Of a stretch of DNA of 64,000 nt, positions 30,588 to 42,500 are shown piece after piece. The notes below the pieces were generated by a model. The model did not search any database. It worked only from the letters and a program-made list of their open reading frames with translations, and was not told the origin of the DNA. The translations under genes and the position numbers were made by a program. How positions within the stretch are numbered: the first letter of the stretch is position 1; each line of letters starts with the position of its first letter. The stretch is from a virus. The stretch covers positions 68,523 to 132,522 of IMG/VR virus record IMGVR_UViG_3300026257_000002; one strand, written 5' to 3'.

Positions 30588-33500
30588 TCACCCTCGCCAA
30601 GCGAGTCTTAAGTAATCGGTATCTGTATGTGATGTTGCTGTAGTTCCCTTCACTCCTCTCACGACAGTAAAATCTTGTCCTGAAATTGAAGTATATTCAA
30701 CAATTTCATCTCCAAACTCCAAATATCCCGTTGGAGGGAAGTTGGAAACATCGCCAGTAACAGTAATTGTAGTAACAGTATCATTGATATTGCCATTCAA
30801 TGTAAGACCATATGAAACATATGCTTCTGGTCCGATATTAATAATATTTGGTTCAGTCGCTCCTTGCGAAACTGCTCTATGAGTTGTGAAATCGCCAACG
30901 GTCAGTGCTGGCGCATAACGATTCATGTGTTGAATAGTAACTCCAGTTCCAAGATATGATGCGAGAGGATCATTAATTCCATGTGGTTCATAAGAGAACT
31001 TATTATTATCAAATGTCTGAAGGTTATATGCCAAACCTGCTTCAGAAGTATTTCTGATCATTTGATTTTCCATCTCAATTACAGTTGTGTTTGATGAAGT
31101 TAATTGCGAAATAACAAGTGGCACAGTGACTTCTTCATCAATATCACTGCTAACACTAAATCCAGGTAATAATGCATTTGCCAAAGAAATATCAACAATT
31201 GTATTATTTTTCATATACAATGGTGTGTGAGGTCTAATAATCTCATATTTTTTAGCAAAAATTAATTCAGGTGGTTCTGTATATCCAGAACCCGGATTTG
31301 TGATAATAACATTAGTTACTTTACCATTGGTAATTTGAGCAATAGCTTCTGCACCAGTTCCTGGATTATCACATTCGGTTTTAAATAGAATGATAGGAGC
31401 TACATCATACTCAAGACCAGGATTTGTTATATTAATACTAGTAATTGGTCCTGGAGCAAATACTGTAGGAATACCCATTGTATTTTCAACACCTATAGTT
31501 CCATCAATTCCCACTGGATTACCACCTGAAACAGAACTAGCAGTAAGATCTATTACAGCATTAGCAACAGCATTCTTGCCACGGACATAAGCATTATCTG
31601 TATATATTAATGCTGTATAAACTAAGTTATCAGTATTTTTAAGTGCCTTTTCCTCAACTCTAATAATTTCTTTAACTGATTCACCATCAATTCTGATCTT
31701 ATCACCTGGTTTAATAATATCTCCAGTATTTGCAACCTTAGTTAGATATTTACATCCTTCAGGACTATTGTCGCCAATATATTCCAAGTTTTCAAATACT
31801 TCACCATTCCAGATTGAAATAGTCTTCTCAAACACTTTACCATAGAAATATAGCACAAAACATTTTTTCCCTGTAGTGGGTGCTTCAGTAAATGTAATTA
31901 CATTATCAACAATAGTATATGAAGATCCCTCTACTTGAGGAACCCCGTCAAGCATAATTAACATTTGATGATCGTCAGGAGGAAGAATATTATCATCACC
32001 AAATTTAAATTCAAATGATCTTTGACTCGAATTAAATTGATCCGCAAAATTATTTAAGATTTTATATTTACTGAATGTATAAGAGAAGAAATGTCTGTCT
32101 TTTTCTATTACATTAGTAAATTTAATTACATTGGGATTTACGCTTCTGTCAATGGTATAAGATTCTCCATAAAGTTGAAGGACACCATCAATAAAGACTA
32201 GCAGATTTTCATCTGCCTCTGTGGTGACATTAGAACCATTGATTTTGTAAAGAGGATAGTCGGTGCTAATCCCATCAAACAAGATATTTTTTAATTTATA
32301 CGAATAGCGAGCATCATCACCAGCAGAAACAAATTTAAAGAAAGTGGAGTGGAATACAGTTCCTTTTCTTACTGGTTCATATAGTTTAAGTATTGCATTA
32401 GAATATTCAAATTGACCTTCAGTAAAAGTGGCATTTGTCAAACTTGATGATTCAATAGTTCCAGAAGTAGTGAGGAAATCATCTAAAATAGTTAAATCTT
32501 GAATATAAAGTTGGTTACAGATTGCAAGGCTCATCATATCTCTTGCCTTTTCAAAAGCAGTGATAGATTCATTTACTTCACCTGCAAGACCATTACTTAA
32601 TAAAGCAGATCCATCCAAATATTTTTGAGTAGAACTTCTAATATTAGAATTACCACCTGTTCTCAAATCACCAATAACAGAATCAACAATTAGACTTAAA
32701 TCCCTCTTGCATTTTGCTTCACCAGCAGAAAGAATTCTTACTGATTCTGCTGGTAAAGATTGTGGATAATTTAATGATCCTTGAGATAAGTATAGTGTTA
32801 CGATTCCAGCAAGATTATCAATATTCGATTTAATGTCAGCACATGCGCCATCACTGTTATTTGAAACAGGAGCATTGACCACAGGTCTTACAATGGCATC
32901 GGTTACTGCTCTAATGAAAGTATGTGGATACTCACCGCCTGAAATAACCACAGACTGATTCAGTGCATTACTGGCAGCACTTACAAATGTGTGAGGATAG
33001 TCACCACCACTGATAATTGCATCAGTGAGAGCAGAAACAAATGTATGTGCCGAAACAATTGATGTAGTACCAACTTGAAGTGTAATTGTAGTATCGCTTA
33101 CAGAAACAACAGGAATTGGTTGATTATAAGAACGGTCACGCTTATGCTTAATACTATCAGTAACACCACTCTGGAATACATGAGTAGTTACGTTTGTGGA
33201 AGGTGTAGTTGTTAGAACTTTAACTGTAAATGTTTGTCCATCAATAGCGGAAACTTGTAACCACTTACCACTTACAGGGTCAGTAGCTCTTGGATATGCA
33301 TGATCAGATGATTGACTATCTTCATCACAACGGAAGGTTACAGCACCATCATCAAACTTAACCCAATCACCTACCTTAATACCATGTGTGGTACCTGTGT
33401 TAATAATCATTAGACCTGTAACAGGATCATATGTTGTACCAGCACCAGGAGTATGTGTATCAATTATATTTCTTGGATAAGAATGAGTATCTGCTGGATC

Positions 33501-36500
33501 GGCAGCAACACCAACTTGGACATCAATTGTAGTTGCTTGTGGATTTAATACTGCAAGGTTAGATCCAGATGCAGGGTCAGTAGATCTTGGATATGCATGG
33601 TTAGTTGCATGAGCATCAGCATCACAAGTAAATGTAACACCACCATTAGCAATCTGCACTGTGTCAGAAGTTGTAAGACTGTGAGATCCAATCTCGATAG
33701 TCATTACACCTGTGGATGGATCATATGTTGTGCCAGCAGCTGCTGTAACAGCACTACCAACACTAGGAGTAATAGCATTAGTAACACCACTTACAAATGT
33801 ATGCGTTCCAGTAGCAGCACCACATGTGAAAGTAATACCATCGTCAAGCATTTTTACAGTGGCATTAGATTTAATTCCATGAGTTCCGATAGTCACTTCC
33901 ATCAAACCAGTTGAACTATCATAAGTTGCATTAGTTGGAGTATAATTTACAATAGGTGACGATCCAATATTAACAGTAAGATGATCATCGGTTGCAGTAA
34001 GAACAGTAGATCGTCTTTTAGAAGCAGGATCAGTTGATCTTGGATATGAATGGAAACTAACATTATCATCTTGAGTACAAGTAAAGGTCAATCCATCATC
34101 TCCAAGTAAAATATTATCTCCTACAACGAATCCATGATCATTTGATGTAATACCCAAAATTCCAGTGGTGGCATCATAGGTCGCATCAGTTACTGTATAA
34201 AGTCTTGGGACATATGTATGATCTGATGTGTCAGTAGAACTACCAACATTAATTGTGATAGTAGTTGCAGTCTTTGTTATAATAGAAACTGCAGTATCAA
34301 AAGTCTTATCCTTTTTCTTCTTCAATCCATCATTGACTGCACTGACAAATGTATGTGTAGAAGTATTAGATGAAACTCCTATCGCAACCCTAAAAGTGTT
34401 TCCTGTTACAGCATAGATTGGTATCCACTTACCACTGAATGGATCAGTAGAACGAGGATATGAGTGGTTAGTAGCATTTCCATCCATTCCACAAGTAAAT
34501 ATTAGGGAGTCATTATCAAATTTAATAAGATCTCCATTGTTCCATCCATGATTATTAACAGTAACAGTGAGAACACCAAGTACCGGATCATAAGAAGCAT
34601 CTGTAACAGTTTCACTTAAGATATCAGTCTTAGGGTAACGATGCTCAGTTTGATTATTGTCTAAATCGCAGGTAAATGTAAGTGATTCTGGTTCAATCTT
34701 AACACTTGTACCTGCTCTTAAAGAGTGGTTTCCGATAGTTAACTCAAGATCTCCTGATACAGGGTCGTAATTAGCATCACTAATAGTAAACGTTTTTTCT
34801 GGACTTGCCCCTACAGTAATATCAAAAGTATCACTAGTTACATTAGAAATTGCTAAAGATTGCTCATGGTTTCCATCAGCAAGTCTTGGATAGGATTTTT
34901 CTGCAACATTACCATCCATTCCACAATTAAATGTTAATCCATTTGACTTGATTACAACATCATCTCCATTATTGAGACCATGATCGACAATTGTGACTTG
35001 AGCAACACCTGTTACAGCGTCATACGTGACATCTGTTGGTGTTCCAACCGCATCTCCCCAGTAACTAGCATTGCCAGCAGTAATGGTGAGATCTTTAATA
35101 AGAAGTTGATTTACAATTGCTTGCTTCATCAAATCCCTAACTTTATTGAATGCAGTGTTAGATTCTAGAATTTCGCCAGAAAGACCATTGCTGATGAATG
35201 ATGTTCCTTGGTCATTAAAATATTTCTTAAGGAATTTACGAGCATACACATTACCGCCTGTGTGAATATCTAGTGATACTGCATCAATAAACATTCCAAT
35301 ATCACGCTTACACTTTGCTTCCCCAGTAGTATCAGTCCCAATGTTTTCTGCTGGAAGACCGGTAGTAGATCCTGCATTAATTGTGGTAGTTATAACACCG
35401 ATAAGAGTTGTAAGGTTTGAAGTTATATTGGCACAAAGAGGAGAACCAGAATCAGCAGTAATGGTTAAGTCTTTAACCAATAATTCATTGGTAAATGATT
35501 TAATCATTTCATCGCGAGCAAAATTAAATGCTACAATTGATGCTGCTTCTTCACCTTGTAATCCATTATTAATAGGATTACCAGAATTATCAAAGTATTG
35601 TAATACAAATTTTCTAGTATACTCATTACCACCATTTACTAGATCAATAGAAGAGTAATCGATTAATAATCCGAGATCACGCTTACACTTTGCTTCCCCA
35701 GTAGTATCAGTCCCAATATTTTCCGCTGGAAGACCACTTATAGATCCTGCTGTGAATGCAGAAGTAGCAATACTAGAAAGAGTTGTAAGTGATGAAGCTA
35801 TGTTAGCACATAAAAGAGCACCACCAGCAGCACCTACGTTAATTGTAAATGTATTTGTATCTGCTGCTGAGATAGTAAGAGTATTCTGATATGCTATATC
35901 TCTCTTCTTACTAACACCATCAGCAGTAGCTGATACAAATGTGTGTGTATAGTTTCCACCAGTTATAACCGCACCAGATGTTGCAGATACAAAGGTATGA
36001 GCATCAAGATTACTAATAGCACCCTGTCCACCATTAACATTAATTGTTATGGTAGTTCCAGTGGTTCCTGTTATTGGAAGAGCAGTATTATATGCGTAGT
36101 CAGCACCACCTGATGTGTTAGCACCAGAAGCACGAGGATATGTACCCTGATTATTGGTTGTCGCTGATGCTATACCAACATTAACTGTAACAGTTGTAGC
36201 AGTTGGGTTGGTTATTGCAAGTGCTGTGCCAGATACAGGGTCAGTAGCACGTGGATATGCATGATCAGTAGCATGATTATCTGCTGCACAACTGAATGTT
36301 ACTCCACCATTTGCAATGGTAAGTGTATCTGAAGTTGTAAGACTGTGTGATCCAATTTCTAAAACTAAATTTCCAGTTGTAGGATCATATGTTGTTCCAG
36401 CAGCTGCTGTAACAGCACTACCAACACTAGGAGTAATAGCATTAGTAACACCACTCTTAAATGTATGAGCACCAACAGCAGCATTACAACTAAATGTTAA

Positions 36501-39500
36501 TGAATTATCAGCAAGTTTAATGCTCTGTCCTGTTGTCAAAGAGTGAGAACCAATTGTTAATTCTAAATCACCTGTTGTACCATCATATGTTGCTCCAGTA
36601 ACGTTATGATTTACTAGAGGGGTTGTGCCAACATCAACTGAGAATGTATCTGTATCAACGTTAGAAATTTCTAACCACTGCCCACTAATAGGATCAGATG
36701 ATCTTGGATATGTATGATTAGTTGCATCACCATCCATTTCACATGTAAATGTCAAAGAATCATCAGCTATCTTAACAAAATCTCCATTCTCAAACCCATG
36801 ATTATCAACAGTAACTGTTACTATACCCGTAGTAGGACTATAAGAAGCATCAGTTGCTGTAAATATATCTACAGTTGTTCTTGGATAGGATTTTGTTCTA
36901 CTGGCATCAGTAACACTACCAACATTAACTGTAATAGTAGTCGCTGAAACCGCAGTGATAGCAATGCTTGTGCCAGATACAGGATCAGTTGCCCGTGGGT
37001 ATGAATGTTGCGTCACATTGTTGTCAGCATCACAAGTAAATGTGACAGCACCATCAGCAATCTGAATTGTATTTGAAGTAGTTAAAGTATGAGATCCAAT
37101 CTCCAATACAAGATCACCAGTAGCAGCATCATAAGTTGTACCAGACGCTGCTGTAACAGTACTACCAACGTCAGGAGTAATAGCATTAGTAACACCACTT
37201 ACAAATGTATGATTTGTATTACCATAATTACATCTGAATGAAATTGCATTATCAGCAATCGTAATTGTATTAGATGTTGTTAATAAATGATCATCTGAGG
37301 TAATTACCATCTCACCTGTGGATGGATCATATGTTGCACCTGTTACTGCGTTTGGTAAATTACCTGCATTTGATGTAACTCCATTTGTTACAGCAGATAC
37401 GAATGTATGTGGAGTATTGGGACTATTAGGATCATTAGTAATCGTAGTATCCTTAATTGTAAGTTGATTTCTAAACGCAAGGATCATATTATCCTTAGCA
37501 ACATTGAAACCATAAATTGCTTCTTCTTCTTCACCAACAATACCGTTACCTAAAGGATTTCCAGAATCATCAAAGAACTGTAGTGAGAATTTACGAGCAT
37601 ATTCATTACCACCATTAACAAGATCTAATGATGTATAATCAATAAAGAGACCTAAATCTCTTCTGCACTTAGTCTCATACGCTCCATGAGAAGGATATTG
37701 AGTAATAATATCAGTCCAAGCATTATTAATGATCTCAGTTCTATTTTGCTGAATCAGTCTATAAGCATCCTTAAAACGATAACTACTGTCTGTAGCAGGA
37801 TCGCCAGGGTAAATGTAATCAGGAAAACTTACACCAATTTGAGCAGCTGCTTTGTCAACAATTTCTTTATGATTCTGTTGAATTAATCTATAAGCATCCT
37901 TAAAACGATAACTACTGTCTGTAGCAGGATCGCCAGGGTAAACGAAATCAGGATGCTGAACTGCAATTTCACCGGCACCTCTATCAATCAATTCTTTACG
38001 GTTTTGTTGAATTAAACGGTAAGCATCTTTTGCTTTACTATATGCAGATGTTTGAGGATCATTTGGATAGTAGAAATCAGGATATTGTAGAGAAATTTCT
38101 GCATTTGCCCTATCAATAATTTCAAATCTATTAAGATCAATTAATTTAGCACCATCTCTATGTCGATTAGCACTAACAACAGTTGATTCTTCTTCATCCA
38201 ACCAAATACCAGTATTATTTGTAGGAAGATCAACAGTTGGATTATTTAATTGATATGTCAGAATATTAATTAAGCTATCAATCGTACTACGAACATCAGC
38301 ACAAACGTCGGGATCATTATTTGTCAGATAACCATTGGGGTTTTCAAATAAAACTCTAATGGTATTTGTTGATGGTACATCATACACCTCAAACTTATCA
38401 TTAAAATTTAAATTTCCAGTATTTGTTACAGCAGAGATGTGAATATATTTTTGGTTAGGATATGTTTGACCTACTGATGTAGTCGCTAAATTATGATCTG
38501 CGGCAGTAGTAATAGTTGCAATACCACCAACATAACTAATCCCAATTACAGAGGATGTTTGGAATGGTTCTTGGAATATATCATTTAATGAAAGAAGTAT
38601 GGAAGTATTGTAAGTATCTAATGGGAAATTACCATCATTTGTAGTCAAGGTATATGTTTGAGTATCAACATCAAAATCAGCAGAAAGATCTGCCATTTGC
38701 ACTGCTTCAATTTGATTATCTAAGAAATTAAGACGAGCAGCTCCTACACCACGATAAGCTTTTAAATCAGTTGTATTGAGCGTAGAAACTTCATATTTTT
38801 TGAAAACAATATCTGATTCCACATTCACATTAGGTAGTGTAATAATAACTTCATTAGCAGAATGATCATCAGCAAGACCAATACTAAATGGAGAACCTGT
38901 TACAGTATCATCGAAATCAACATCATTTTCTACAGATACCTCACCAAATAATTTAAATCCAAGTGGGTGTGTTGTTTCATCGACATATTTCTTATAATCA
39001 CTTAAAGATTTTGTACTTCTGATGACATAGGAAAAATCTTGGTAATAATAACTGTCAGTAATTTTTTGTGAGGAGGCACTAATCTTACCTAAATCAGAAT
39101 CAAAGAAACCAACTTTTGAAATAAATCCAGAAATATTTCCAACAATATCTGGATTTGTTATAGAATAAATTGTAGAGGTTACCTGTAAAATAGCACCTGT
39201 AAGTGTATCACCTACTTTAGGAATACCTGAGTTAATTTTTAAATCAAGTAAGTAAATATCAGTACCAATTTCTCTTATTTTTTCAATCTTAGCTGATAAT
39301 CCACTAGAAGATGATACATTTTCTGAAAGTTTATAAACACCACCAGAAATATCGGTAATGATTACTTTTTGTTTGAATACTAAAGATTTAGAGAATGTTC
39401 TATCAGGATTAAATTGACTTCCACTATTATTAAATCTAATAGTTTTAATTTTACCAATGCTATTACTAACTGGGAAAATTTTAGCACCAGCATCAATTAC

Positions 39501-42500
39501 TGTGATAGTATCATTTTCATCATATCCTTTACCAGCATCATCAACTTTTATTGAAATAATTTTACCACCTACAATTGTTGGCGTTATAACTGCTCCACTA
39601 CCAGTAGAAGTATTAATTGCAAGTTTTACATCACTTGAATATCTATTTCCAGAATTTAAAACACTGAATGTATCATCGAATGAACCACCAGTAATTGAAT
39701 ATGTTAATTTTGCTGAATCTAATTCACTATGAATAACCCCAGCAACTCTTGGGAGTTTTTTATAACCTTCACCACCATCAATTACATCAACAGTATTAAT
39801 CTCACCAACAGCAGTTTGTGAAGTTGTTGTATATGAAATTAAACCTGTGTAAGTAGGTTGTTCAGGTTGTGTGGAAGTGGTATACTTAAAACTATAGTCA
39901 TTAACAACTTTAGTAACTTTAATTGATTCTACACCATCAGGGAATGTAAGAACTGATAGGAAATCTTTATTATTGATAATTTTGTCGTTTTGTTCATAAT
40001 AATATACTCTAGAAACATCAAGATTCAGTAATGCTTCTTTTGTGATAGTCACTGTTGATCCAGAAGTACCTGCAGTTCCAACAACTGTTACACCGGTAAG
40101 ACTGTTAATATTTGCTGAATCTTCAGAGAAAATAAGACTATATCCAAAGATACTTCCGTCACTTAAATCAAATATATACTCAGTTCCTCTCATTAATGTA
40201 TGAGATAAGTCCCGAACATAATGGTTGCCAGTTCCAGTAGGATCAAATTCCCAATAAATCTGAGTGTCACTTATACTACTTATATTAAGATCTCTTCCTG
40301 ATGGTGAAGATGCATCTGTAAGAACACTAGAATCTGTAAGTGTGCCTGAATCAACTCGTATTTCAATAGTAGAATTTTCTTTATCAATACTATAAATTGT
40401 CCCAGACACACCAGTACTTGTAATTGATGACCCTACAGTTAATCTGTAATCTGGTTGATCATCTGGTATATAAAGTTCTACTTTATTAGTAGATGCATGT
40501 AATCTTAATGGACTATTAAATTGAGTTCGTTCGACAGTAATTTGATCTGAACCATAATCAATCGAAACAATTTTTAAAATTTCATCATTAATTTTTAAAT
40601 AATCATTTTCTCTATAACCATTAGAGTTATCTACGTTAATGGTTGTTTGGTTGAAAGCAACATCAACAACTAAAGTAGATTCAATAACAGGAGCGATGTA
40701 TTTTACTGTCTGATAATTAGATACTCTTACATTAAAAGTTTTTGATAATGATATTGCTTGCTTATCTAATGTTAATGTAACAATATCATTATCTGATAAT
40801 AAATGTGGTGTTGAAGTTTCTACAGTTACATCATATGTAATACCCGCCTTATGTAAATATGGAGCACTAAACTCAACTGGCCAAGGACTATCAGGAATTC
40901 CGTTAGTTGTCGTTAATTGTGGGTGACTAAATTCAGGAGAAACTTGATATGATACTGTAGTTACATCCTGACCTTTAATTGAGTCAACTCTACCAAATGC
41001 TCTAGAACCTTCGGTATCATCATTATCAAGATACAAGTAATCTGAGGTTTTAAATATTGCTTGACTTTCTTTTACAATAAAAGAATCAACAACTCCCCTT
41101 TCCACATTAGATACTGATAAAATAGCATCAAAACCTTTACTTGGTGTGGAAGAACTTCTAATTCTTCTTGCTGCTTTATTTAAATTATCTTCATTCTGTT
41201 GATTAAATTCAATATTAAAATTATTTTCTGCAGGCACAGAATAATATGTTTGTCCTACAATATATGGATAAATACCACCACCAAAACTATCTACTGTAAG
41301 AAAGTAACAATATCTTCCCTCAGGATATTCTGGAGTAATGCAAAAACGACCATTATTAATATCAAGACTTCCTGTTCCCTGAATAAACTCATAGTCATCA
41401 ATAAAAGAACCTAATGGATATGTTACTACGCTAGGTCTAGTAGCAGCTACCGTGGTTTTTAATAAATAAGAACTAGTTTGCCTAGAAATACCATTGGCAG
41501 GAACTGTTGCAGTAAGATATCCATAAGGACCATAAATGGGATTACCATCATATGCCCATCCTAAAATAGGAGAATGAACAAATCCAGATATTTTTTCATT
41601 ATAATTAGCATTTACACCCTGAACGTTATCAGATAATGAATGTCTAAGAATTCTTGGATTTGATGGATATGCATACTGAAGATTATATGCAACATTTCTA
41701 CTTGGATACAGATAACCATTACCAGTATCAGATTTAATTGTCTGAGCAGGTGCCCAGTTGCCATTTCCGTCAATAGAATTTCTTGTCTTGAATACTCTAT
41801 CAAAAGACCATTTCTTAACAATAGCATTAGCAACAACACCACTACCTTTGGAAATAATATTTACAACAATAGTATCTTTATCGCTATAATCAACACCACC
41901 ATTAAGTATAACGACACCAGTCAATTGATTATTAGTTATTTCAGCAATAGCAAAAGCACCTGTGCCTTTACCAGTAGTGTCAATAATTTCTACATTAGGT
42001 ATAGCAACATAATCCTGACCAGGATTAGTTACTGCAATTGACTTAATAGAACCATTAACGATATCTAGATCATTAACAATTGTTGCAGTGGCATCAAAAC
42101 CATATGTAACTTCTAATGATTGATCTTGAGTATATCCATTACCACCATCATCAACTGATATGGAAAATACCTTTCCGTCTGTAATATTTGCATTAAATGT
42201 GGCACCTGCCCCAGTAGCATTTGGTATTCTGAATATTGGTTGAATGTTGGTCTCAAAACCAAATCCTTTTTGAATAATTTCTACCTTTTCAATATTTCCA
42301 TATGGAACATCTTCATAATCTTGAGAACTAAATGCTTCTACACCATTATTAAACAAACCAACTGCTTTATTACCAGTATATTGAATTTGAGTATTTTTTT
42401 CAGTTGAAAGTGGAATTAACTTTAAAAGATTTTGATTGTTAACATTAAATCCAGTTCCGATAAATGATCCAATCGGATGACCAGGAAGTCCTGAAGAAAT

